Below the pieces are notes generated by a model. That model was not told the origin of the DNA, did not search any database, and saw only the letters and a program-made list of their open reading frames with translations. The translations under genes were made by a program, and so were the position numbers. DNA of 63,784 nt, counting the filler, from an uncultured Clostridia bacterium (GTDB lineage: Bacteria > Aerophobota > Aerophobia > Aerophobales > B3-G15), in the NCBI GenBank assembly GCA_964482715.1. It is 3 parts of 3 records of this genome, joined end to end, with 100 filler letters (N's around TTAATTAATTAA, not from the genome) between each part and the next. Parts side by side here need not be neighbours in the genome. Positions count along the whole stretch, not along the records: positions 27,587 to 53,541 come from CAYZYX010000026.1; 2 more parts are not named here. One strand, 5' to 3'. Below, one piece after another: positions 38,546-48,378 of the stretch; positions within the stretch are counted from its first letter, which is position 1, and the number at the start of each line of letters is the position of its first letter.

Positions 38546-39868
38546 ATGGAAAAAGAAGAGAAATATTTATGGAAAGAGCTTCTGGGGGGATTGAGGAGCA
38601 AAATCGGTGAAGAAAACTTTAATATCTGGATCAAGCCTCTGCGATTTGAATCCCTATCCTCAGACAAGTTAATTATTCAAGCTCCAAGCCAGTTTTTTGT
38701 GGAAAGAATCCAGGAGAGGTATCTTCATCTGCTTAATTTAAAGTTAAATGAACTGCTAAATGGTAATATTCAAATAGAATTTTCTGTTCCTCCAAGACAA
38801 AATGAAGAAGAAAAATTAAGAGTTTATCCCCATAAAGAGGTTTATTCTTATCGTTTGAACCCCAAGTACAATTTTGATACTTTTGTGGTGGGAAATAATA
38901 ACAGGCTAGCTCACGCTGCTGCTTTAGCAGTAGCTCAATCTCCTTCAGCAATTTATAATCCACTTTTCATTTATGGAGACGTTGGATTAGGTAAAACTCA
39001 TCTTCTTCAGGCCATAGCTCATTTTATAATGAAAAATAGAAAAGAACTTAGCTTTGCCTATGTTTCATCGGAGCAATTTACCAATGAGTTGATTAATGCT
39101 ATAAGAGATGATAAAACTGTTGATTTCCGAAAAAAATATAGAAATAAAGATATTTTACTTGTAGATGATATTCATTTCTTGGCAGGAAAAGAAAGAACCC
39201 AGGAGGAATTTTTCCACACTTTTAATGCTCTCTATGAAGCACATCGACAGATTGTTCTCTCCAGCGATAGACCGCCAACTGAGATCCCTACTTTAGAGAA
39301 AAGGCTTCGATCACGTTTTGAATGGGGTTTAATAACCGATATCCAACCTCCTGACTTAGAGACAAGAATAGCTATTTTAAAGAAAAAAGCAGAAATGGAA
39401 AATATTGAACTCAATGATGAGGTAGCACTTTTTATTGCTGAAAGAGTAAAAACCAATATTCGTAAATTGGAAGGATGCCTGATGAGACTTGCTGCTCATT
39501 CATCTTTATATAATCAAAAGATTAACGTAAATTACGCACGCGAGGTGTTGACAGATATCTTACCCCCGGAAGAGCCCAGACCTGTGACCGTGGAAATAAT
39601 CCAACATAATGTAGCCAAATACTACAAAATTAAAGACTCACAATTAAAAGGAAAAAAGAGGGTTAAATCAATTGCTCTACCGAGGCAAATAGCCATGTAC
39701 CTTTGTAGAGAGCTAACTGAGTGTTCGTTTCCTGAAATTGCGGAAAAATTTGGAGGTAAAGACCATACCACTGTTATGTATGCCTGGCGAAAAATAAAGC
39801 AAGAAAGGAAAAAGAATAAAACCCTTGACCAGGATATAAATGAGATTATTAAGAGGATAAGATCTTAA
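38546..39868 (+). CDS. dnaA: Chromosomal replication initiator DnaA
   Basis: YNPLFIYG..GLGKTHL, LLVDDI, RLRSRFEWG, GGKDHTTV. Confidence 0.98.
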   Translation: MEKEEKYLWKELLGGLRSKIGEENFNIWIKPLRFESLSSDKLIIQAPSQFFVERIQERYLHLLNLKLNELLNGNIQIEFSVPPRQNEEEKLRVYPHKEVYSYRLNPKYNFDTFVVGNNNRLAHAAALAVAQSPSAIYNPLFIYGDVGLGKTHLLQAIAHFIMKNRKELSFAYVSSEQFTNELINAIRDDKTVDFRKKYRNKDILLVDDIHFLAGKERTQEEFFHTFNALYEAHRQIVLSSDRPPTEIPTLEKRLRSRFEWGLITDIQPPDLETRIAILKKKAEMENIELNDEVALFIAERVKTNIRKLEGCLMRLAAHSSLYNQKINVNYAREVLTDILPPEEPRPVTVEIIQHNVAKYYKIKDSQLKGKKRVKSIALPRQIAMYLCRELTECSFPEIAEKFGGKDHTTVMYAWRKIKQERKKNKTLDQDINEIIKRIRS

Positions 39869-40063
39869 AAAGTTGTTTAATTCGTTGTTAATTTTTACAA
39901 AAAAATGTGGATAAAAAAAGATAGAATTTTGGGTCTGTAAAAATAAGTGGATAACTCATAAGGTTTTCCACTTTAAATTCAACTTAAAAATTAGTGTTCA
40001 TACATCGTTTGGTGAGTTATCCAGATAATTCACCGTCCCTACGGTGACTAAGAAGGTGGCTTA
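39869..40063. other. Probable oriC (downstream DnaA-box cluster, AT-rich)
   Basis: TGTGGATAA 39906-39914, AGTGGATAA 39946-39954, TTTTCCACT 39964-39972, TTATCCAGA 40017-40025. Confidence 0.7.
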
Positions 40064-40882
40064 ATGCATTTAAAATCATATATTGGTCTATTAGCAGGAG
40101 CCGGAGAGCTTCCTCTTGTCTTTATTCAGGAAGTTAAAAAAAGAGGAAAAAAAGTGGTTGTTACAGGAATAAAAAATGTAACATCCAATGAACTTGAAAA
40201 ATTTGTAAATGAGATAAACTGGGTCGAATTAAACGATGTGGATAAATGCCTTGATTTTTTTTGTCAAAAGAGAATTTCAGAATTAATCATACTTGGCAAG
40301 TTTGATAAAGCTCTTATGTTTAAATATGAGGATAAATTTGAATCCTTTAAAAAGTTATTGTTCAGATTACCAGATACCCAAGACCTTAGCTTTTTTAAGT
40401 ATTTTCTCTCGCAAGAAGCTGAAAAAAGAGGGTTGAATATTGTAAGCCCTTCTATTTACCTTTCTGATCTTCTGGTAAAAGAAGACGAACTTATTAATTG
40501 TTCTGTAGAAAAAAAGGGTTTAGAGGATGTTAGATACGGGTGGCAAGTAGCTAAAAAGTTAGCATCTATGGATATAGGACAAACAGTTGTGATTAAAAAT
40601 CTAACAGTACTGGCTGTAGAGGCAATAGAGGGAACTGATAGGACAATTCTAAGAGGTGGAGCATTGGGAGGAGAAGGAACAGTCGTTGTTAAGGTGGCAA
40701 GACCTAAACAAGATATGAGGTTTGACATTCCTGTTGTGGGTCCTAAAACTTTAATAAATATGGCCAGGGTTAAATCTAAGTTACTGGCAATAGAGAAAGA
40801 AAAAGTCTTTCTTTTATATAAATCAAAAGTTTTAAATATTGCAAAAGAAAATCAAATAAGTATTCTGGGTATAGGAGGTTAA
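40064..40882 (+). CDS. lpxI: UDP-2,3-diacylglucosamine diphosphatase LpxI
   Basis: AG.GELP, DIGQTVV, AVEAIEGTD, QDMRFDIPVVG. Confidence 0.92.
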   Translation: MHLKSYIGLLAGAGELPLVFIQEVKKRGKKVVVTGIKNVTSNELEKFVNEINWVELNDVDKCLDFFCQKRISELIILGKFDKALMFKYEDKFESFKKLLFRLPDTQDLSFFKYFLSQEAEKRGLNIVSPSIYLSDLLVKEDELINCSVEKKGLEDVRYGWQVAKKLASMDIGQTVVIKNLTVLAVEAIEGTDRTILRGGALGGEGTVVVKVARPKQDMRFDIPVVGPKTLINMARVKSKLLAIEKEKVFLLYKSKVLNIAKENQISILGIGG

Positions 40883-40883
40883 A

Positions 40884-41210
40884 ATGGGTGGAGTAAAGGA
40901 TATAAAAGCTGATGATTTCAAAAAAGAAGTTCTGGAATCTGATAAACCTGTTTTAGTAGATTTCTGGGCTGAATGGTGTATGCCCTGTAAAAAAATGGAG
41001 CCTGTAATTGAGGGATTAAGTGAAGAATTTAAAAATCATATTAAATTTTTTAGACTAAACGTTGATGAGAATCCTTCAACTGCTGCAGAGTACAGTGTAA
41101 GAGGTATACCCACCTTTTTTCTGTTTAAAAACGGAGAAGTGGTGGAAAGGATAACGGGAGTTGTAAGTAAAAAGGAACTCACTAAAAAGCTTAAAAAATT
41201 AATAGGCTGA
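40884..41210 (+). CDS. trxA: Thioredoxin
   Basis: VDFWAEWCMPCK, GIPT. Confidence 0.95.
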   Translation: MGGVKDIKADDFKKEVLESDKPVLVDFWAEWCMPCKKMEPVIEGLSEEFKNHIKFFRLNVDENPSTAAEYSVRGIPTFFLFKNGEVVERITGVVSKKELTKKLKKLIG

Positions 41211-43057
41211 TGAAAAAGAAAAATAAAAAGATTAGGGTTACCTTTTTACCTGAAGGTAAAAAGGTAACCCTTTCTAACCCCATAGAGTTAAAAGAATTAA
41301 TAAAAAACTCCAGCATCAATTTCTCTTTTCCCTGTGGAGGATTGGGAATATGCGGTAAGTGCAAAGTTAAGATTTCCGGTAGGGTAAATCCCCTCACCTT
41401 AAAAGAAAAAAAACTCATCCCCGAGTGGATAGAAAAAGGCTACAGGTTAGCCTGCCAGGTAAGAATAGAGGGAGATGCTAAAGTTGAAATTCCATCTTCG
41501 GGAGTAATTTCAGAACTTAAATTCCTGACTCAAGGTCTGGGAAAAACACCTCAGGTTAATCCGGGAGTAGAAAAAATTTACCTACCACTACCTTCCCCCA
41601 GCCTGAAAGATCAGCTATCAGATGTTACCCGAATAAAAAACCAGTTGATTAAGAAGGGTTATAAAGATCTTTCAATAAGTTTGGATTTGGTAAGAAAGGT
41701 CCCCACGATTATTCGTAAAAGCAATTTCAATGTAACAGTAGTTTTAAAAGACAGAGAAATTATAGCTATTGAAAAAGGGGACACTCGTGGAAAAAAGTTT
41801 GGCCTCGCCTTTGATATCGGAACTACAACAGTTGTGGGAGCACTTATGGATTTAGATACTGGTGAAAGAATTGCAGAAAGAGCCATCCTTAACCCACAGG
41901 TTATTCATGGTGATGATATTATCTCCAGAATAAGTTACATTCAATCCAACCCGGGAGGATTAAAAAAACTCCAGAGAATAATACTAAAAGGAATTAATCA
42001 GGTGATAACCTATTTGGTTTCCAAGGCGAAGGTAAAAAGGGATAATATCTATGAGGCTACCTTTGTTGGCAACACAGTGATGCAGCATATACTTGCAGGA
42101 ATTAATCCTGTGAATCTGGCCCTTTATCCTTATGTGCCAGCAATTCAGGATTCTATTAGTATCAATAGTTCTAAACTGGGGATTAAAATAAACTCTGGAG
42201 GAAAAGTTTATATATTTCCCAGCATAGCTGCCTTTGTTGGTGGGGACACAGTAGGGGTTATTCTTACCACAGAGCTTCACCACATGAAAAAAGGAGTAAA
42301 GCTTGCTGTGGACATTGGAACCAATGGAGAAATAGTTCTATCTAAGGAAGGAAAACTTGTTGTAGCTTCCACTGCTGCCGGGCCTGCATTTGAAGGAGCA
42401 AGAATTTCCCAGGGAATGTGGGCTCAGGAGGGAGCCATTGAGGGTGTAAAACTGGAGAATGGGGAAGTAAAGCTTAAGGTGATAGGAGAGGTAGAACCTC
42501 GAGGAATCTGTGGAAGTGGACTTTTAGACGCTGTAAGTGAGTTTTTCAGGGAAGGTATAGTCGACAGGTCAGGTAGAATAAAACCTCGAAACAGACAAAA
42601 AAAGATATGGCGAGAGAGAATAAAAGAAGATGACGAGGTTAAGTTTATCTTGACCGAGAATAAGAATAATGGCTATATTTACATCTCCCAGAAAGACGTA
42701 AGGGAATTTCAACTGGCCAAGGCTGCCATCTGCGCCGGGATAAAGATTTTATTAAAAACTGTTGACTTACAGGAAGAAATAGTGGAGGAGGTTCTTCTTG
42801 CGGGCGCTTTTGGTAATTACATAAATATACATAGCGCTTACAATGTAGGCCTTTTCCCTTTTTTTCCCAATGCCAGAGTAAGGATCATCGGTAACGCCGC
42901 CAGTCTGGGTGCAATTAAAGCATTGATTTCTAAAGAAGATCGCCAGGAAGCAGAGCTTATTCCCTCTTTAGCCAGTTATGTTGAACTTGCTGCCCAGCCC
43001 TACTTTCAGGACATACTGACTAATTGTCTGTTTCTTGGTGAATCTAAACCTCCTTAG
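41210..43057 (+). CDS. ASKHA ATPase with a 2Fe-2S domain (RACo-type corrinoid reductive activator)
   Basis: CGGLGICGKC...RLACQ, DIGTTTV, DIGTNGE, AAGPAFEG, GICGSG, LAGAFG. Confidence 0.9.
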   Translation: MKKKNKKIRVTFLPEGKKVTLSNPIELKELIKNSSINFSFPCGGLGICGKCKVKISGRVNPLTLKEKKLIPEWIEKGYRLACQVRIEGDAKVEIPSSGVISELKFLTQGLGKTPQVNPGVEKIYLPLPSPSLKDQLSDVTRIKNQLIKKGYKDLSISLDLVRKVPTIIRKSNFNVTVVLKDREIIAIEKGDTRGKKFGLAFDIGTTTVVGALMDLDTGERIAERAILNPQVIHGDDIISRISYIQSNPGGLKKLQRIILKGINQVITYLVSKAKVKRDNIYEATFVGNTVMQHILAGINPVNLALYPYVPAIQDSISINSSKLGIKINSGGKVYIFPSIAAFVGGDTVGVILTTELHHMKKGVKLAVDIGTNGEIVLSKEGKLVVASTAAGPAFEGARISQGMWAQEGAIEGVKLENGEVKLKVIGEVEPRGICGSGLLDAVSEFFREGIVDRSGRIKPRNRQKKIWRERIKEDDEVKFILTENKNNGYIYISQKDVREFQLAKAAICAGIKILLKTVDLQEEIVEEVLLAGAFGNYINIHSAYNVGLFPFFPNARVRIIGNAASLGAIKALISKEDRQEAELIPSLASYVELAAQPYFQDILTNCLFLGESKPP

Positions 43058-43060
43058 ACC

Positions 43061-43255
43061 TCAAATAAGACCTCTTTTCTTTAACTCCTCCTCTGATTTA
43101 ACTTTACCCTGATCCAGTTCATCTAAGACATGGGTGGTGATCTTTGTTGAATTAAGAAGTATCCTTTTTTCTTTTTCCTTAATCAGTTCCTTTGCTCTCT
43201 GAATAGCAAGACGAGTGAGAGCAAATTTATCCTTTATCCCTGTTTTATCCACCAT
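43061..43255 (-). CDS. rpoZ: RNA polymerase omega subunit (short)
   Basis: KFAL...AIQRAKEL...LDEL..GKV; directly after gmk. Confidence 0.75.
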   Translation of the reverse strand: MVDKTGIKDKFALTRLAIQRAKELIKEKEKRILLNSTKITTHVLDELDQGKVKSEEELKKRGLI

Positions 43256-43275
43256 TTCGTAAATTGAATACCTTT

Positions 43276-43920
43276 TCAGTGTTTCTCTCCTTTCATGAAT
43301 TTTGTATTACCTATTACAGTGGATAGTTCATCCTGAGATATTCTTTTAATCTTATTTCTTTCTGCCTCTATTATAGTTAAAATTTCTTTTAAAGCCTGAT
43401 TGACGTCATCATTAACCACAAAATAATCATAGTAAGGAAGATACTTTATTTCCTCTTTTGCTGTTCGAAGTCTCTGTCTTATACTTTTCTCCTCTTCTGT
43501 TGCTCTTCCCCTGAGTCTTTTCTCCAGTTCTTTCCAAGAGGGAGGTAGTATGAATATTAAAATAGCCTCTGGATATTTTTCCTTTATTTTTCTTCCCCCC
43601 TTTACATCCACCTCAAGAACAACATCCTTTCCTGCCTTTATATTTTTCCTTAAAAAATCTCCTGAAGTTCCATACAAGTGACCATGAACCTCCGCCCATT
43701 CCACAAAGACATTTTCTTTAATTAACTTTTCAAACTCTTCACGGGAAACAAAATAATAATCCACACCCTCAATTTCGTTTTTTCTGGGGGCTCTCGTTGT
43801 GAAGGAAACAGAACAGATAAAAGAAGGAGAAGCCTGGAGCAATCTTTTACAAAGAGTTGTCTTTCCGCAGCCTGCCGGAGCTGAAATTACTACTATCAAA
43901 CCTTTAGCTTTCTTTAGCAA
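43276..43920 (-). CDS. gmk: Guanylate kinase
   Basis: SAPAGCGKTT, TTRAPR..E..GVDYYF, FILPPS; start moved to the TTG after GAGGAG. Confidence 0.95.
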   Translation of the reverse strand: MLKKAKGLIVVISAPAGCGKTTLCKRLLQASPSFICSVSFTTRAPRKNEIEGVDYYFVSREEFEKLIKENVFVEWAEVHGHLYGTSGDFLRKNIKAGKDVVLEVDVKGGRKIKEKYPEAILIFILPPSWKELEKRLRGRATEEEKSIRQRLRTAKEEIKYLPYYDYFVVNDDVNQALKEILTIIEAERNKIKRISQDELSTVIGNTKFMKGEKH

Positions 43921-43933
43921 AACAAGACTCCTC

Positions 43934-44797
43934 TTACTCGATATTGTAAATTTGCTCTCTAATTTTCTCAAGATCATCCTTTATTTGAACTACCTTCTCT
44001 GAAATAGTGTAAGATAAAGATTTTGCACCTATGGTGTTTATCTCTCTGAACAGTTCCTGTAAGATGAAGCCCAGTTTTTTACCCACAGGTCCTTTTTGTT
44101 GAAGAGTTCGGTTGAATTCGGCAAGATGAGAGTGAAACCGCGTTATCTCCTCTTCAATATCTCCTTTAAGCAATAAAAGAGGAATCTGCTCATTTGGAGA
44201 AAAAGATCCTTCTTCTGAGATTTTTTTTAATTCTTCTCTAACTTTTTCCCTGTGTTTTTCCTGAATTTTAGGAATTTCTTTTTCTATGTAATTTATACAG
44301 CCATTGATTCTTTCTATACACTGTAGAATACTTTCCAGATGTCTTTTACCTTCCTTTTCTCTAAATTCTATTACCTGTTCCAGTGCTTGTTCAATTGCTT
44401 CTTCAACAAGCTCTTGAGCATCATCTTTTGTGGATTGAGTGACTTTTATAACTTCAGGGATATTCAGAACCACAGAAAGATCGATTTTTTTCTCGATATT
44501 ATATCTTTGACAAAGCTGGATTAGCGCATTAATATAAGCATCAGCTTGATCAAAGTCTGGTTCTACTTTATAATCTTCCCCCATTTTTCTTTTAAACTTT
44601 AGATTTACAAGGACCTTTCCACGAAAAATATCTTTTCGGATTTTATCTTCAATTTTTTTCTCCCATTGCCAGGGAATTTCCTCAGATGTAAAAATACTTA
44701 TATCGAGAAAACGGTGGTTAAGAGTTTTTATCTGAGCAAAAACCTCTCTTCCCTCTTTAATCAGGAGCTTCTCGCCGTATCCAGTCATGCTACGCAA
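43934..44797 (-). CDS. YicC/YloC family endoribonuclease
   Basis: MRSMTGYG, NHRFLD, GKKLGFILQE..REINTIG, REQI.NIE. Confidence 0.93.
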   Translation of the reverse strand: MRSMTGYGEKLLIKEGREVFAQIKTLNHRFLDISIFTSEEIPWQWEKKIEDKIRKDIFRGKVLVNLKFKRKMGEDYKVEPDFDQADAYINALIQLCQRYNIEKKIDLSVVLNIPEVIKVTQSTKDDAQELVEEAIEQALEQVIEFREKEGKRHLESILQCIERINGCINYIEKEIPKIQEKHREKVREELKKISEEGSFSPNEQIPLLLLKGDIEEEITRFHSHLAEFNRTLQQKGPVGKKLGFILQELFREINTIGAKSLSYTISEKVVQIKDDLEKIREQIYNIE

Positions 44798-44914
44798 AAA
44801 CTGACTCCTCTCGAGAGGATTTTTTCTTCAACTTAACGATTTTTTATTATAGACGAGAGCTTTCTACTGTCAACAAACCAGTTCCTGAAGTTAATATTGT
44901 GAAAAGGCTATTTT

Positions 44915-45682
44915 TTAAGTTTCAATATCTTCTGGTGCAGCCTCTATTTTAGAAAGAAAATATTCCTCCAGGGATGAATGACGCATCAGGATTTTATCAG
45001 TTTCCCCCAGACATAAGAGTTTCCCTTGATGAAGAATACCAATTCGGTCACTTATCTGCTCAACCTCGGTTAAAATATGTGAGGAGAAAAAGGCAGTCCC
45101 CCCTTTTTTTCGAAAATCTAAAATGAGTTGCTTGACTATTTTCCTGCCTACAGGGTCAAGACCACTTAAGGGTTCATCTAAGAGTAGTATCTGAGGGTCG
45201 TTAATCAAAGCAGAAGCAAGAGCGAGACGTTGATTCATACCTTTAGAGAGTTCCCTTATTTTTGTCTGAGAGGGAGCAGGAATTTCCATAATCTCTGTTA
45301 AACAAGAGGTCCTTTTTTTTATTTCCAATTTGTCAAGATTAAAGACCTGTCCACATAATCTTAAAAATTCATTGACTGTGAGGAAATCATAGAGTTTAGG
45401 TTCCTCGGGGAGATATCCTATCTTTTCCCTGATGGTCCAGTTGGGACCTCTTTGTCCTAAGACTTCAAAATGTCCCCACGTGGGATAGACAAAACCCAGT
45501 AAGATTTTTAAAACTGTGGTTTTCCCGGCAGCATTTAACCCAAGTAATCCAAAAATTTCTCCCCTCTTGACCTCCAGATTAAAATTTCGAAGAGCAACAA
45601 TGGTTTTCTTTTTCAAAAAACCCCGGTAAGTTCTGTAAATCTTACCCAAGCTTCTTGTCTTAATGACTGTTTCCTGGTTCAA
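44915..45682 (-). CDS. ABC transporter ATP-binding protein
   Basis: GLNAAGKTT, LSKGM, LDEP.SGLDP. Confidence 0.9.
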   Translation of the reverse strand: MNQETVIKTRSLGKIYRTYRGFLKKKTIVALRNFNLEVKRGEIFGLLGLNAAGKTTVLKILLGFVYPTWGHFEVLGQRGPNWTIREKIGYLPEEPKLYDFLTVNEFLRLCGQVFNLDKLEIKKRTSCLTEIMEIPAPSQTKIRELSKGMNQRLALASALINDPQILLLDEPLSGLDPVGRKIVKQLILDFRKKGGTAFFSSHILTEVEQISDRIGILHQGKLLCLGETDKILMRHSSLEEYFLSKIEAAPEDIET

Positions 45683-46157
45683 TTTTTTCTACCTCATGTG
45701 AGTCTTCAAGTTGTTGGAGAAGTTCCTTCACTGTTTTCTTTAACAAAGGGTGTCTTAATTCAGGTGCTATCTCTACAAGAGGAACCAACACAAAGCGACG
45801 TTGATGAAGACGAGGATGAGGAACAGTTAGCCCCTTTTGACTTATTATTAAATTGTCGTAAAAGAGAAGGTCGAGATCTATAGTTCGTCTAAGTTTCCTA
45901 TCTTTATTGTCACGTTTCCTTCCCAGTTCCTTTTCTATTTGAAGTAATTGCTGGATTAGCTGTGCGGGGGATTTAATAGTAGAGGCTTTCACAACACAGT
46001 TAATGAACCATCCTCCTTTTACCTCTACCGGTTCTGTGAGGTAAAAGGAGGAGACTTTTTCTATATGGACTATATTTCCTAACTTTTCCAGAGCGCTGTT
46101 GATGTAAAAAAGACGATTTCCCTTATTACTTCCAAGACCTATGTAAACTTGAGCCAT
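45660..46157 (-). CDS. folK: 6-hydroxymethyl-dihydropterin pyrophosphokinase
   Basis: YIGLGSN, RTIDLDLL, PHPRL..RRFVL.PL. Confidence 0.95.
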   Translation of the reverse strand: MAQVYIGLGSNKGNRLFYINSALEKLGNIVHIEKVSSFYLTEPVEVKGGWFINCVVKASTIKSPAQLIQQLLQIEKELGRKRDNKDRKLRRTIDLDLLFYDNLIISQKGLTVPHPRLHQRRFVLVPLVEIAPELRHPLLKKTVKELLQQLEDSHEVEKIEPGNSH

Positions 46158-46170
46158 AACTGGTTTTTTC

Positions 46171-46578
46171 TTAGCTTTCCTCTTTACGACTACGAATTGC
46201 TCTATTTAACTGCCCTGCCCAGGTAGCAGGATCTCTGACCTTCAAGGAAAGCTGACCAAATCCTTCTTGTAACTCAGGTTTTTTTTCCTTCCAACCCATG
46301 TTCATCTTGCCAACGTTAACTTCCAGCTGAATGCATTTACCAAAAACTCCTCTGGTCTCTGCTTTTTGAAGTGCTTCCAGAGGGAATTCGAAAATGAGAA
46401 TCGGTTCAGTTGCGGGTTTTTCTTTTTCCATGAGTAATCTCCGGTTAGTAAGGTAGAGCATTCCTTCCGTGGCCTCAAGAGAATCTTTTACATCCTTATC
46501 CCCCACAAGAAATCCCTTGATAATGGCCTTTGCTGATTGGAGTTCCCCCTCTCCCCGCTTGAGGTGCATTTTTCTCAC
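46171..46578 (-). CDS. Hypothetical protein, PH/GRAM-like fold suspected
   Basis: GMLYLTNRRLL motif and a C-terminal W-containing helix. Confidence 0.5.
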   Translation of the reverse strand: MRKMHLKRGEGELQSAKAIIKGFLVGDKDVKDSLEATEGMLYLTNRRLLMEKEKPATEPILIFEFPLEALQKAETRGVFGKCIQLEVNVGKMNMGWKEKKPELQEGFGQLSLKVRDPATWAGQLNRAIRSRKEES

Positions 46579-46594
46579 CTCCTTGGCTTGTTTT

Positions 46595-47962
46595 TTACTC
46601 AGGGAGTTTGCAATTTATATTGGCGACCTCCCTTTTTATTTCTTCTAATCTGTAATAATCTATCTTACTGTGCCAAAGAGGGAAAGCCAGATTATTATGA
46701 AGCAGGGGCTCTTCTTGCAATAGTTTAAAGTGTTTTGCTATCCGGGAAAAAAGAGGAGTTCCCGGAATAGGAGAAAATTCGGCCAACTTTATCTTTATCT
46801 GAAGATGGTGAACAAATCTGATGGTCTCCAGAACTTCTTCCACCTCTTGATCCGGGAATCCAACCATTACGTAAACTTCTATTTCCCTGGGTTTAAATCC
46901 AGCCTTTTTTAAATTGTAACAGGCCTCTATTAAATCTTCATTACTTACTTTGCCAGAAGAGCTTTTTTGAATTTTTGGATTGGTGGACTCAAAAGATATT
47001 CTGAGAGTTTTAAAATTGGCTCTGCGTAAAAGTAATGCTATATTTTCGTCAATGTACCTTGCATGGAGACCATTGGGCGTATGTAATCTTACTCCTGGCT
47101 GACTTTTTATTATCTCTTCCAGTAAGGGAATAATGTGTTCTTTAGCATTTACCAGAAGAGCATCATCATAAAAGGCAATATCTTGAATTTTGAACTTTTG
47201 TATATAATAATTTATCTCTTTTACTACTTTCAGGGGATCCCGTTGAGTGAAAAGAGGTTCAAGAAGAGAGGATGCACAATAGTTACAGGAAAAAGGACAA
47301 CCTCTGGAAGTCAGTATAGCTACGGATCTAACAGAGGGAAGAAGATGATAAGCTGGAAAAATTTCCCCATCTTCATAGAACCTGGAAGGTTCACTGGAAC
47401 AGTTTGTTTTAATTCCTGAAATCTCGTTCAGAATTCTCAGTATTTCTCTCTCCCCTCTTCCCTGTATTACATAATCAGCTCCAGAAAAGAATTTGGCATG
47501 CTCATAACATAAAGTGGCATAAATACCCCCTAAGATCACAGGAACTTCCGGAAATTTTCTTTTAACTGTTTTTATCACCTCAAATACTCCAAGATACCAG
47601 TAGGTCATCCCGGAAGTAATCCCTACAACTTCAGGTGATGGATTTAACCTCGATAGCTCCTCCTCCAGAATCTGGGGAGTGATTCCAAAACGCTTGAATT
47701 TACGAGGGATTCTACGCAGACAATCTGGTTTTTCTACTTCCTGGAAGAAAAATTTACCGCAGTCATATTTTCTTGTTGGAGGAAGCCTATTTTTGAAGTC
47801 TCTCCGGAGAAGGGGATGATACCGATCCAGGCAGTTAATTAATGATACATGATGACCGAGTTTTTCAAGAAGTGAGGCAATATAAAGTAATCCTACCGGC
47901 TTCATCCAGAGATCGTAAGCTGCAAAATCGTAAATCCATGGATTAATAAGAAGAACGTTCAT
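46595..47962 (-). CDS. B12-binding radical SAM protein
   Basis: N-terminal LINP...GG.YATL cobalamin-binding domain; SRGCPFSCNYC. Confidence 0.9.
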   Translation of the reverse strand: MNVLLINPWIYDFAAYDLWMKPVGLLYIASLLEKLGHHVSLINCLDRYHPLLRRDFKNRLPPTRKYDCGKFFFQEVEKPDCLRRIPRKFKRFGITPQILEEELSRLNPSPEVVGITSGMTYWYLGVFEVIKTVKRKFPEVPVILGGIYATLCYEHAKFFSGADYVIQGRGEREILRILNEISGIKTNCSSEPSRFYEDGEIFPAYHLLPSVRSVAILTSRGCPFSCNYCASSLLEPLFTQRDPLKVVKEINYYIQKFKIQDIAFYDDALLVNAKEHIIPLLEEIIKSQPGVRLHTPNGLHARYIDENIALLLRRANFKTLRISFESTNPKIQKSSSGKVSNEDLIEACYNLKKAGFKPREIEVYVMVGFPDQEVEEVLETIRFVHHLQIKIKLAEFSPIPGTPLFSRIAKHFKLLQEEPLLHNNLAFPLWHSKIDYYRLEEIKREVANINCKLPE

Positions 47963-48364
47963 TTAGTCATTTTTTACTATTTTTACCATAATTTTTCTTC
48001 TTCTCGGTCCATCAAATTCACAAAAGTAAATCGACTGCCAGGTTCCAAGGTAAAGCTCGCCGTCCTGTACGATTACAGTTTCAGAGGAACCTACGAGAGA
48101 AGCTTTAATATGAGCGGGAGAATTACCCTCGCCATGTTTGTAGTTCCCGCTTAAAGGAACTAAGTTGTCTAACTGTGTAATTATATCTTTTTTCACACTG
48201 GGGTCGGCTCCTTCATTGATAATAATTCCCGCTGTGGTGTGTGGCACAAAGATGCAGCAGATCCCATTTTTTACCCCCGACTCCTTTATAACCTCTCTTA
48301 CCTTTGAAGTTATATCCAGAAATTCAACCTGAGAGTGGGTAGATATACTCAGCACTTTGATCAT
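47963..48364 (-). CDS. yjbQ: YjbQ (UPF0047) family protein
   Basis: PHTTAG, NS.AHIK, LGTWQ, EFDGPR. Confidence 0.92.
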   Translation of the reverse strand: MIKVLSISTHSQVEFLDITSKVREVIKESGVKNGICCIFVPHTTAGIIINEGADPSVKKDIITQLDNLVPLSGNYKHGEGNSPAHIKASLVGSSETVIVQDGELYLGTWQSIYFCEFDGPRRRKIMVKIVKND

Positions 48365-48378
48365 ATGTTTGCCTCAGT

